Shown here: piece by piece, positions 37,601-50,604 of the stretch
How positions within the stretch are numbered: the first letter of the stretch is position 1
Layout of the letters: each line of letters begins with the position of its first letter
Made by a program: the position numbers and the translations under genes
The notes under the pieces: generated by a model
What the model was told of the DNA's origin: nothing
Databases searched by the model: none
Seen by the model: the letters and a program-made list of their open reading frames with translations, nothing else
Source: Camelus dromedarius
Taxonomy: Eukaryota
Length of the DNA: 64,000 nucleotides
Assembly (NCBI RefSeq): GCF_036321535.1
Contig: NC_087436.1
Location: 19,718,001 to 19,782,000, forward strand
Direction: 5' to 3'

Positions 37601-39049
37601 TTTCATTCTAACAGTCTATTTCTTTAACTCAGTGATTCCCAACCCAGCTTACAACTAATTCAGGGGAGAGATGTTTTTCAAATACTGATTTCCTGAACCA
37701 CCAGCTCAAACCTACTGAATCTGGATGTTTGGAGATTGAGTTCATGCTTTTTTGTTTGTTTGCTTTTTTAAATCTAATGAATCAGATGATTCAGATGTGG
37801 GCAGGTTTGGGAACTCCTCGTGGAGCCAATATTCATAGCTTTCATTTAGAGCTCTTAGAAAGGTAATTTGCGAGGCAGCTCACATGCTGAATTAGATTTA
37901 TGTTTCTCTCTTTTATAAATTTGGTGGAGTTTAAAAAAAAAACTCCCTTTTACTATGTGAATAGTCTATGAGAGTGGTTAAATAAATGATTTGAATGAAT
38001 AGCAATATCAATACAGGCACTATCTTTTAATTTGCTGATTGATGAGCATAAGCAGTGACGATAAACAGTTGAAATACGGAGCAGAATTTGTCACTTTCAT
38101 CACCTTTAATGACTGTTGACTTCAATCATTTCACTCAGCATGAAATGAACCTCAGAATTTACTGCTCACTTCTCCATTACTGAGCTGCTGAACCTCAAGG
38201 GTCCAAGGGAAGTGTAATAAATATAAAATATTTTTGCTAGGCTGATTTCTTACAGCTAGTTTCACTTAAAGGCTCTCATGAAATTGCAACCAAATATTGG
38301 CTTTTTGAGGTACCAAGAATTGATGGGAAGAAACCCTGTGACAATGACACATCAAAGTTAGGGCAAATCACTTTGACTTACATGTAATTCGCTTTCCCTT
38401 TCCACAAAATAAGGGTAATAGTGGTTGGTAACTAGACTTCATAAGTTGAATTAATGGTGTAATAGCTATAAACTCACCTGAGCTCTGCTGAGCCAAGAGC
38501 TCTTAGGAAAAAGCTGTTAGATTAAATAAGTAGTACATTTTAAGAAACAGAGACTGTGAGAGGATCTAAACATATTTGTGAAGGACCCACCATGTGTCAT
38601 GCACTGCATAAAACATTGCCTCATAACATTTAATTTGCTGAAATACCCTGTTAGTGAAAAACCCTATAGTTAGGCATTTATGGGCTTTTAAAGTAAGACA
38701 CAAATTCTGCAGTGGAGTGTATATAATTTTACATAAATTTCTGTAAAGAAATGTCTATAGGTCTATACTAATGTGGCTGGAGCCAGATGTATTGAACATC
38801 ACCTAATCTTGAGGTCATTGGGCATCCACAATACTCGTCTGAGATAAAAACTCTTCAGCACCTATTTCTTTGAATGGATTGCAGTATCTTGCTGGGAAGT
38901 GGGGGGCAAGCTAAATTAAAGGATCTTAATAGTATTAAGATAATATATTCAGAAAGAAGTAGATGTAAGGAGTATTTGGCAAGTCCACTCACAGAAAGAA
39001 AAGAAGAAACTTCCCTTTGATTCCTTTAATCATTTTGGGCTAGAGTGAG

Positions 39050-40790
39050 GGAGAAGAAACAGATACCGATTAGTAAACATAGTGCATATGCTGCATTGTG
39101 TTAAAATGAGAAGCACTATGGACAAATCAAAGTAGAGTGAGGAATATTAGATACGCGGGTGTGTGGGGGTAGATCACAAATTTAGAGTGATTAGTGTGGG
39201 CTTCACTGAGAAGGTGACATTTGAGCAAAGACTTGAAGGAGGGGAGGGAGTGAAGCATGTGACTATCTGGGACAAGGGAAAACAGCCAGCAGAAGGCTTT
39301 TAGGTGGGAACATGCCTAGAAGGAACAAGGAGGCCAGTATGGCTAGAAGAGTGTAAGTGAAGGGAAGGTAATAGGAAGTAATATTAGAGAAGAAACAAGG
39401 GTTGGAATAGGTAGGATCTGGCAGGGCATTGAAAAAAGTGCAGCTTTTATTCTGCATGAGAGAGACAGCTATGAGACGGGGTTGAGCAGAAGAGGAACAT
39501 CTGACTTACATTTTAGAAGCATCTCTTTAGTCTCTGAAATGAGAACAGACTGTAGCAGAAAAAGGGGCAGGCAGCAGGGAATGGAGAACAGTTAGGAGGC
39601 TATCAGAAGCCAGAAATGATGGTGGCTTGCACCAGGATGGTGGTGGAGTGCAGTGAGAAATGGTTAGAATCTGGAGACCTTTTGAAGGTAGAACCAACAT
39701 GGCTTCTTGACTGTTTGCACGTGGGTTGTAAGAGAAAGGGAAGAAGAAAATCATGGCCCCAAGTGTTTGTCCTAATTGACTGGAAGGAAGGCATTGCCTT
39801 CAACCGAGATAAAGGAAGGCTACAGGGAGAGCAGATCTGGGGATGGGGACTATCAGGAGTACAATTTGCGTCATGTTGAATCTGAACTGTTTATTGGCCA
39901 TCCAAGTGGAGACATAGATTGTTATCAATTTATGGAGTTTTTAAGAAAGATCTGGGCTACTGGTATAATTTGGGGGTTCCTTGGCTCATAGATTATGATT
40001 TTCAGATAAAATATAGGCACCTAGTAAAAACTGGAAATTCAGATAAACAACAAGCAATTTTTTAGTATAGGTATGTCCCAAATATTGCATGGGACATGTA
40101 ATTAATTCCTTAGTATAACTATTATGATTATTGTTAATAATTAATACCTATAATATTAATATAATTATAATTAATATGGCATGTCCCATGTAATATTTGG
40201 AACACATATTAAAAATTATTTTTTGTTCATCTGAAATTTAAATTTCACTGTCCATCCTCTATTCATATTCGCTAAGTTGGTCAACTTGAACATAGTGGCT
40301 TTTAAAGCAGTAAGATGTGATTACCAAGAAGTGAGTGAGATGGAGAATAGAAAAGGGTTGGTTGCTCAGTCCTTGATCACTCCAACATTAAAGGTGAGGA
40401 AGGAAAAGAGAAACTAACAAAAAACTGATATAAAGCAGCCAAGAAGTAGGAGAAAACCCTAAAAAAAAAAATGATGTCCTAGAAGAAAAAGAAAGTATAT
40501 CGAAAAAGGGGAGTTACAAGCACTGTCAGATGCCTCTGTCTGGTCATTAAATTTAGCAACATGGAGATCATTACAGAGCTGACAAGAGCAGTTACAATGC
40601 ATGTGGATAGAAACTCGAGTTAGTGTGGCTTGAAGAAAGACTGGGAAGAGAAGAGCTGGAGACAGACAACTCTTTTGGAAAGTTTTTTTCCTAAAACAAG
40701 AAAAGAAATGGAGTGATAACTGGTGGAAAAATTGGGATCAAGAAAACAATTTAAAAAATAAAAAAGATAAGGCCAATAACAGCATGATGG
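39050..40790 (-). mobile_element. Long L2 fragment
   Basis: 'ttcactgagaaggtgacatttgagcaaagacttgaagga', 'gttaggaggcta', 'ttttgaaggtagaaccaaca'. Confidence 0.85.
39995..40288. mobile_element. MER53-like palindromic MITE with an inverted-duplicated centre
   Basis: Arms 'aaattcagataaacaacaa...ttttagtata' and 'aaaaattattttttgttcatctgaaattt'. Confidence 0.8.
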
Positions 40791-40810
40791 AGCTCTGCAC
40801 TGGTCTCCAG

Positions 40811-40975
40811 ACCAGTGGTTCTCAAACTTCTGTGTGTGTCAGAGGGCTGGGTCCCACCCTCAGAGTTTCTAGTTTAGTAGGTCTGCCATGAGACCCAAGA
40901 ATTAATATTTCAAACAGATTCTCAGGAGATAACTCATGCTGTTGGTCCAGGGACCACATTTTGTGAACCATTTAG
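40811..40975. mobile_element. MER5A-like MITE
   Basis: 'cagtggttctcaaactt...ggaccacattttgtgaacca'. Confidence 0.8.
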
Positions 40976-41420
40976 CTGTGCTCTGCACAAAATGTGAACA
41001 ATATTAGTCAACATTATTTGGAACATTTACCTAATTAAGCAGAAAAGAAAATGAAACAATTGGTATGCATATTACACCAAAGAAAGATAAGACTGTATTT
41101 ATTTGCATTTGCTAAGACTGTGAGCAAAGAAACCCTAAGATTCTAAAAAAAACCACTCCTACAATGAAAAGAATTTGATAAACATCTCAAATTAAGATAA
41201 ACACACAAAAATCATTGACCTTTCTCAATACCAGCAGTAACTAGTCATGGGTAGAAACTGATTTTTTTAAAATCTCACTTATTGTAACATATAAAACATT
41301 ACCTATTATTTAAAGATACTTACATAGGTAGCAAAAGTTTACATGCATGGAAATCCTACACATTGAGTTCTGGACAGTAATGACATCTCTGGAAAGAGTG
41401 AAGATGAAAGAACATTACCT

Positions 41421-41569
41421 TTCTTTCTTTCTTTATGTATTAAATAAGGACATCTTAAATATGCCAAAATGTTAAAATCTAATAAGTATGTATTATGTAT
41501 TCTTTCTTTCTTTATGTATTAAATAAGGACATCTTAAATATGCCAAAATGTTAAAATCTAATAAGTATG
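41421..41569 (+). repeat. Perfect 70-bp direct repeat with a 9-bp spacer
   Basis: 41421-41490 is identical to 41500-41569. Confidence 0.95.
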
Positions 41570-41846
41570 AGAGGAGGGCACTTGTTTCCTTGAATATTAA
41601 TTTCTATATTTTTATACATATTTTAAATATTTAAGAAAGAAACTTGAAATTTAAAATATCTTCTTAAAAATGATGATAAATGATGACAGTAACAGGTAAG
41701 AATTTTTTTTAATAATAAAGAATATTACCTATAGAAAAAAACTATGAAATATTTTTTAAAGACAGAAAACAACTTCTGGACAAGTGGAGAGGCATATCAC
41801 TGCTCCAGGCAGTGTTCATGTTCATTTTTAAAAAAATCAATATGTA

Positions 41847-43172
41847 GCAAGTGGTGTTAGGAAAGCTGGACAGCCGCATGTAAGTCAATGAAGTTAGAAC
41901 ACTCCCTCACACCATACACAAAAATAAACTCAAGATGACTTAAAGACAAATATGAAACGTGACACCATAAAACTCTTAGAAGAGAACATAGGCAAAACAT
42001 TCTCTGACACAAATTGTAGCAATATTTTCTTAGATCAATCTCCCAAGGCAAAAGAAATAAAAGCAAAAATAAATAAATGGGACCTAACCAAACTTATAAA
42101 CTTGTGCATAGCAAAGGAAACCATAAATAAACCAAGAAGATAAAATATGGAATGGGAAAAAACATTTACAAACAATGTAACTGACAAGAGATTAATTTCC
42201 AAAATATACAAACAGCTCATACAGCTCAATATCAAAAAAACAAAAAACCCAGTCAAAAAATGGGCAGAAGACCTAAACAGACATTTCTCCAAAGAAGACA
42301 TACAGATGGCCAACAGGAACATAAAAAGATGCTCAACATTGCTAATTATTAGAGAAATACAAATCAAAACTACAATGAGGTATCACCTAACACAGGTCAG
42401 AATGGCCACTATCAAAAGGTCTATAAATAATAAATGCTAGAGAGGTTGTGGAGAAAAAAGAACCCTTCTATACTGTTCGTGGGAAGGTAAATTATTGCAG
42501 CCACTGTGGAAAACAGTATGGAAATTCCTTAAAAAACTAAAAATAGAGTTACCATATGATCCAGCAATCCTGCTCCTGGGCATGGATACAGAAAGACAAA
42601 AATTCTAATTCAAAAAGACATTTGCACCCCAATGTTTGCAGCAGCACCATTTACCATAGCCAAGACGTGGAAGCAAACTAAGTGCCCACTGGCAAATGAA
42701 TAGATAAAGAAGTGGTATATTTATACAGTGGAATACTACTCAACCATTAAAAAAGAATAAAATGCCATTTGCAGCAACATGGATGGACCTACAGATTATC
42801 ATACTAAACCAGGTAAGTCAGACAGAAAGACAAATATGTAATATCACTTATGTGTGGAACCTAAAAAAAGACATAAATGAATTTATTTACAAAACAGAAA
42901 TAGACTCACAGACATAGAAAACAAACTTCTGGTTACCAAAGTGGAAAGAGGAGATGGATAAAACAGGGAGTTTGGGACTAACAGATACACACTACTATAC
43001 ATAAAATAGATAAACAACAAGGACCTACTATATCCCACAGGGAACTAACTATATTCAATATCTTGTAATAACCTATAGTGGAAAAGAATTTATTTATATT
43101 TGTGTATAACTGAATCATTTTGCTGTGCACCTGAAACTAACACATTTTAAGTCAACTATACTTCAACTTAAA
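41847..43172 (+). mobile_element. 5'-truncated L1 (ORF2 C-terminus plus 3'UTR) inside an older L1ME (~41000-44000)
   Basis: ORFs 41952-42440 ([29 protein letters not shown]); TSD aaaaaatcaatatgta/aaaaaatcaatatata. Confidence 0.95.
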
Positions 43173-44653
43173 AAATCAATATATAACTATGATGCAATTT
43201 CTATTTGAATCACTTTGAATTATTTTATAAAACTGGATTAAATGAGTTTAAAGTTCACATAAAAAATAAATGAATGTCCAAGAATAGGCAAGAAAAATGT
43301 AAAAATAAAGGCTTGTGACAGGGAGAAATTCCTTACCAAATCTTAACACGTATCTTGTAATCAAAACCACCTTAAAAGGAGGATAGAAAAATTTATCAGT
43401 GGATTAGAAATTGATCCCAAAATAAATACAAGTGTATGTGAAAACTTATGGAAAGGGTGATATTTCAATTCAGAGGTAAAAGGTTGATTTATTTTTGAAA
43501 TGATGCTATAAACTGGCCATCAATCTGGAAGAAAACAAACATAAATCCCCTATTTCACACTGTACACAAAAAATAAGATTCCATTGGCTTAGAGATTTAA
43601 AAGAAAGAAATAAAGAATATGAAAAAGCAATTCACAGAAGAGAAATAACTATCCATTTTATGAAAATATGCTCAGTGTCATTAGAACTTGGAGAAACACA
43701 AACTGAATAAATTGTGCTTTGGCCAGTAATTGGAAATATGATGTAGTTTTAAGTAAAATGAGCCATAGTTTCCATACTAAGATATAGGAATGAGAAAATC
43801 AAGTTCCTTAATTGTGATTTTTTTGGTCAACAAAACACATAGCGCAAATAAGTGTCTGTTTCTGCATTTCTGGGCAAGCATAGGAACAAGGTTGACCATT
43901 TTGGACCACACTGTAACCACTGCTTACTCATGGGGTGAGAATGGAAGGGTTTATGATTTCCCTTTTTTCAGTTAGCATATTAGCTTTTATAATTAAAAAA
44001 CAATAACTTTAAATATTTAGGCATGTTAGGAGAAGAAAAACAAGGGAAGGGATGATTTGGCCCTAAGAGGAATAATGGCCATTATCCTAGGGTGGTGGTG
44101 AAAGAAAGGAGGGCAAGGAAGAGATTTTTTTTTTTAAAGCTATTTATTAAAAACTAGTTAAGCACAGAGTGCCTGGGAGGGATATTGAAATATAAGGTGT
44201 AGACCTTATTCTCCGTTTGCATAAAATCTGGTTAGGAGATGAAATGAAAACATTCAAAACCATTTAAGCATAATAGTCCCTTCAAAGCTGTCAGATTGTG
44301 TTTTTATAGCTACAGTTTCCTTCTCAATCAATAGAAATTTGAATTTTTCTTAACAGACGATGGAGCAGAAAAATTGACTTGGATGTTTCAGGATAAGGAG
44401 TTGTGGAAATTAACAAAACTTGAAGAGACCTAAACAAATAAATTAAAACTTGCTTGTTTGGGGGTCTGGAAATTTGAGCAGATGTACCACATGTGCAATC
44501 ACTTGATGGGATGGCTCTTGGCTAAAATAAAAACAGTCTTATTGCTGTAAATGAACTCTTTCTCTCAGTTTCAATGACATAGGCATTCTTAATGTTAAAA
44601 TGTGGAGAAATATTAACTTTCAGTTCTTAATTTTGTAGTATAAGAAAGAGTAG

Positions 44654-47600
44654 TTGTCAGTCCTCCCTCTGGGAGGCAGGTGCCAAGACAGGATGAGAAA
44701 GAAATACAAGAGATTTACTGGGGGAAGTACCGTCTTTATTATGCCTGATCCCATTAGAAGTCCAATTTCTATACAGGCATTTGCCCAACAAAAGAGACTC
44801 CTTCCCCCGTTGGGGTTACCATGATGCTACTAAAAGGACAGAGGGAGCAGGGGTAGGCAGGGAGAACCTTCACACTGTGATGTAGCACTGACACCTATAA
44901 AAGGAGAGAGATGGAGGAAGGGTGGGGTAGGAATATATGTATAACTGAATCACTGTGCTGTTCACCAGAAACTAACACAACATTGTAAATCAACTAGTCT
45001 TCAGCTGGAAGAAGAGGAAGGAGGAGGAGGAGGAGGAGGAGGAGAGCCTCGCAATGTGGGGCAGCTCTTAGAAAGTCTCAACCAACCCAACAGGGAACCA
45101 CAGAGCCAAGACCATCCACGAGAAGACTCCTGCACTGGGCAGAAATGGCCAGGCTATGGTACCCCTGCCACTCTCAGACCATCATGAAAACGTGATTTCT
45201 GTATGTGTGAATGTTGCATGGGATCCAGAAGGTTCTGCAGCTGCAGATCATCACCTAACTACACTCCTTGCAACAGGCTCTCTCAAAGGGAGATCTGAGC
45301 TCACACATCCATGACCAGTGAAGTTCATCTACAGGATCCACTTCTCTACGTGAGGTCATGGAACAACTCTTCTATGAGGACTGTGGGTTTTGCTTCCTGG
45401 GGATAAACTCGGAGGAAGGAGGTTAGTGGCATGAACCCCATCACCGCAGTGGGGGTTGGGGTTGCAACTGGTACTCATTTTCTCCCTCCTCCATCATGCA
45501 TTCTAAATTCCCTTCACACTCGGCTGGTACCTCTGCAAGTGGTGAAGACTTACCTGGTGATGTGACCCAGACAATTCCTGCGGGGTCTGAGCCCAGGTAA
45601 TCATCCCGTTCTCTGGCCAGGGTTGCCATGCACGTCCTTTCACAGTACCACTGGGCACGGGAGTACTAAGAGACCCCCAGGGAGATGCCCCACAGTGCAC
45701 CTGCACCCACTGGAGAAAAATGATCTTGCTTCATCTTATTGGTCAAGATCAATGATCCCTGCCCAGAAGATGACTTCTCACTGGCTAGTCCCTGGAGACA
45801 GTGACCCCAAGGTGCCCTGGAGGCAGACTTAACTTGTGTTCGATGGAACTTTGCTATGTGCCCCCTTGGGGACCAGGAGCTGTAACCCTGCAGAGGCCAC
45901 ATCCATGCTGTCAAGAAAGCAAAATGTCCCTTGTGATTCATTAGAAAGGATAATAAGTTGCTAAGAAATGACAGTAGAAATGAAAATATTCCTGCTTCCA
46001 CCCCTTGGTTGCTAGACCCATGCATTCTTCTCGTTGGGTTCACAGTTCCTTACAGAGGTCTCTGATTCAGTGCACACCCTGAGTCCTGGAGGATGACACC
46101 CACTTTTGCAAAGTATTGTATTGGCACTGGCATTGATGTTGGGTAATTAGAAGGTTGTTCCAGTGCTTTTTGAGACTGGCTGCTTCTGGGTGGTGTGGTA
46201 TATGGCACATCAAATAGACTCGATCGTCTTGGGCCTCCCTTAGTGTGAATTGTGTCTCCTGTTGTGTGTTATGTTGTGTGGGATTCCAGACTTGTGGTCG
46301 GGCATTCCCTAAGCTCCCAAACAGTGGTGCAGGCTGAGGCTCTGCGGACAGGTAATGCAAACTCATTCTGGAATTGCTGTCTATTACAGGGAGAATGAAT
46401 CAGATTCCACCCTGGAAAGGACCCAATGTAGTTAACTTGCCACCAAGTGGCAATTAGGTCTCTCAAGAAGAGCTCCTTGTTGCAGGCTCAGCACTGGTAT
46501 CCTTTGCTAGAGGTTGGACATTCAGAGGCAACAATAACTAGAGATCATAGCAGATCATGCTATTGGGCACATATGTAGCTGTCATCTTTGCTTCCATGGC
46601 TGCTTCATTCATGTGCCAGCCATGCTGATTCTGGCCACGTTGACTCACCAAGTCATTTTTTCTAGTTGCTTATTCAGAACTTCTTCCATGGCACATACTT
46701 CCTGGTAGGGTTATCATTTCTCTATGTTTCTAAGTGACACCCAACTCACACATTTGCCTTACATCCTAGTGTCCTTGCCAAGGTGTTAAATCCAACATCC
46801 CATGATGGTGTTCCAAAGGCAATGAACTCTTACTTATCCAGTCTTCTGTTTTGGTCTCTTTGGTAGAATAACCTCAACATCATATTCAGTGAGTATTCCC
46901 CCTGGCTCCTGCCAGTCCTTGTTGGCTATTTCTTCCGCCCCTTTGGGACGTAATCTCTTTCTCCCCTCATCAGGCCCAGCATGTCCTTAGCAGCCCTATT
47001 ACACACCTGGCACCAGGAGAAGAGGTGGTGTCCTGAGCAGTCATTTGTTATATTGACAGAAAGAGGCCTCTGCAGTCTTCCCACCTGATGGGGTACAAGC
47101 TCTTGGTGTGGAGGGGTGGGACAAATTTGCAAACCCACCAACTTGGGGGGCACTCACCGAATGTCTCCATTCCATGTTTCAGGGTCCCAGGTTTTCTCAC
47201 CCTGAGCATAACAGAGCTGCCTTGCCTGACCCTTCAGTTATCTTTATAGTTCTGTGATCCCATTAGGTGCTGACTTTACTCCTCTGCTGTGTCCGCTGTC
47301 CACTGCCAAAGACAAAGGGCATCGCTGTAAGCTAACCCAAAGGCCTCTGGCTTTCATACGTAGCCTTTCTTTTTTTAATTCAGCTTTATTATGGTAAACT
47401 TTACATATAGTAAAATTTAGATGAGTGGTGTGATCAGTCTTGACAAATGTATAGGGTCATGTAACAACCACCACAGCTGAGATATTATTATTATGTTATA
47501 TTATACCGTATTATTATATTATATCACTATTATTATCACCCCCCAAAACTCTCTCATCATGTCCCTTTGTAATCAGTCTTCTCCTCCCCAACTCCTGCCC

Positions 47601-49282
47601 CTGGAAACCACTGATCTGATTTCCATCTTGTGACTTTTACAAAAGGTCATATAGATGGAATCATTCATGAGGTTTTTTGCATCTGGCTTTTTTCACTTAC
47701 TATAATGTATTTAGATTCATTCATGTTGTTGCACGTATCAGTAGTTCAGTCCTTTTTATCACTGAAGAGTATTCCGTTGTGCGGATGTAGCCTAATTTAA
47801 TTATTCGTTTCTCATCAGATGGATCCTTAGGTTGTTCTAATTTTGGGGTGATTATGAATAAAGATGCTGAAAATATTCACATGTAGGTCTTTACATAAAG
47901 GCCATATTTTCATTTCTCCTAAGTCAAGAGCTAGAAGTGGGATTGCTGGGTCATGTGATAATGTGTGTGTTTAAGTTTATAAAACAACTGCCAAACTTTG
48001 ACACAGTGGCTGTAACCATTTACCTCCCTATCGGCCATCTCTGAGAGTTACAGTTGTTACATAGCTCAGCCAGGGCTTTGAGTTATCTGTATTTTTTTAA
48101 TTTGAGCCATTCTAATAGGTTTATAGTTCTATTTCATTCTGCTTTTAAGTGGCATTTCCCTAATTACTCATGTATTGGACATCTTTCTATGTGCTTCTTT
48201 GCCACCGTATCTCTTCTTTGGGCAAGTATCTATTCAAATCTCTTCTTCAGTTAAAAAAATTTTTTTTCTCTTTTACACATGGTTTTTACCTATATTTGTC
48301 TTTCATAATCCCTTTGCAGAGCATAGGACAACTTAGTAAAACCTTACTAAGTCCATTGTCTTTGTACACATTATTCCTCTCATAACTTTCTCTCTCTCTC
48401 TTTTTTTTTTTTTTTTTTTTTTTTTTTGTGGACTAATGAATACTGAATAGGCACCAGATCCATCCAAACACTCTCAAAGACCAAATATTCACAAAGACTA
48501 GAAATACTTTCCTGCAGATGAAGAAACCTCACTACATAAATATGATAACCAAATATAATGTATTTGGTTATATATAATCAAATATAATCTATACAGCCAA
48601 ATGCAATCAAATGTAATATAACCAAGTATAATCTCATAACTTCCAATGGCCTGATTTCCCAGGTTACCACCAGTAAAAGTTTTTGCAATTAAGCCACCAT
48701 CTTGTGCCCAAGATGATCCACACCCCCCCATTCCATTTGAAGTGGGGGTCTTATTTGCTAGCCAGACAGTGAATGGTCCAGTCCCCAAGCCCCTCTTAAC
48801 ACCTCACTTGTTGGACTAATTCTTGGTACAACTGTGTCAGTTCAGTTCTCTGCGAAGCAGGCACTAAGATGGAATTAGCAGTGCAAAAGATTTATTGGAA
48901 GAAGATATAGGGGTGAGGAAGCAGGAGTAGGCAGGGAAAACCTTCAGACCATGATGCACATCTGACTCAATGAAAGGAAATAGGGAAGAAAGGAAGGCTG
49001 GGTAGGAGGAGGTTCCAGCTGAAGTGCAGCTCTGAGAGAATTTCAATGGGCAGAGGGTAAATACTGGCCACTACAAGACCCCCATGCTGGGCAAAATGAC
49101 CAGCCCTAGAACTTGTGCCATCTTTGGTGGCTGGCTGGGAGCAGCCAGTGGAGAGCATGACATCAGCATGTGCCCTGGGCCAGATCCCAGGGGACACTGC
49201 AGCTGGAGGATGTCAGCTAACTCAACTCATGGCAGATTGTCTTTAGAAGGGAGATCTGGGTGGTGCCTTCCATGACTACCAC
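44654..49282 (-). mobile_element. Decayed ERVL-class provirus: related LTRs at ~44654-45320 and ~48834-49282, internal gag/pol relics, nested L1 (47370-48260)
   Basis: Integrase-like WQVNYIGSFP and HIPHHPEAASL on the minus strand; both LTRs share 'agattta.tgg', 'aggcaggga.aaccttca.ac' and 'gggagatctg.g' in the same orientation. Confidence 0.8.
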
Positions 49283-50604
49283 AACTCTGTTTGGCAAGAG
49301 GATTATGTACAGAGTGATGGAAGGGAACAGAGCTGAGACAGAAGGAGACTCAGTGGCTGACATCAAAGAAGGACTTTGCAGAAAGTCTAGAAAGAACCAG
49401 CTGGAATTTCATTAGATTCCAAGTGCTGGTCAATGTAAATCTTCCCCTTCACCTCCCACTCCATCACCTGTCATTTCAATACTGCTCTGTCAGGAGGTGA
49501 CAAACAGATCAGCCCTGTTTTCACCTGAAAATAACTTGACCCCGATTTGCAATAAAAAACACAAAAGTGCCAATTCCTCAAAATCGTATCTTTATATAAA
49601 ACAGTCCTCTGGTCTTTCCCATGTCTGACTCATCCTTCAACCAGCTCCCAAAGAGATCTTCCAAAAATATGGCTCTGCACACATTCCTCATGAATAACCT
49701 GTTAACAAGTTTGAGGTCCCATCTGACTCTCCACGCTCTCCTGCTACTCTGCTACACGAACCATCTGCTCCAGGTCTCCTTTTTACCAACAGGAGTTGCT
49801 TTGCCTCTGCTTACAGCACCAGTCTCTCACTGGAGGTCGGAGACCCAGAGGCGGCCAACAGACATGTTATGTTTGGCTCATACAGTGTTTGAATTTTTGT
49901 TAATTGTTGTCAACATTTAAAAGTAATACATTTCACAACAAAATTTAGATTTTTCGCTTTTCCTAAAAAACTGGAAGGGACAGCTTTCATCTGTTGGGTC
50001 CAGGAGCCCTTTTCAGATGGAGCGTGAGTTCCGCATGACCCTACCTCCTCCACCTCCCACCCCTGAACCCCCGCAGCCTGGCTCATTTCACGCCTGGCCC
50101 TAGTAAGCACTTGAGTTTGCAACCCTGGCTCTCTCTGCTCCCTGCTCAGAACAGACATTCTGTTTCTCTCCTCTTCCTTCCAGAGCCCCCTTCTTTCCCT
50201 TATCTGGTTCCCAGCTCCTGGATTACCATACCTCCCTCCATATACACTTGCCACCTCACCTTGCAATCGAAGCTCTATTTGTCTTGGTGTCCTGATTGTT
50301 TACAGCCCTTGAGATGTTGGGGAACAGTACCTGTTTGTCGGTGATGCTACCTCTGCCTGAGTAACATGTATTTTACTGATGCTTTTGGAGATTGCTATAA
50401 ATCCAACCTGAAATGGCTTAAGCAGAAGAGGATGGCTTTTAGGCTTGTAAACTGGGAATACAGGGAAGTAGCTGGGGACAACTGGAACCAGGAACTTGAA
50501 TACTGTCAGTCTTTTATTTCCCTCTCACTCTATGATTCTTTCTTCATCTCTTACCCAGATTTCTCTGCATGTTGGAGTCATTGTTGCCTACCACATACCT
50601 CAAG

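Noticed and set aside
41952..42440. ORFs as host genes (also 51760-52191 and 2845-4263)
   Set aside because: They are L1 ORF2 fragments
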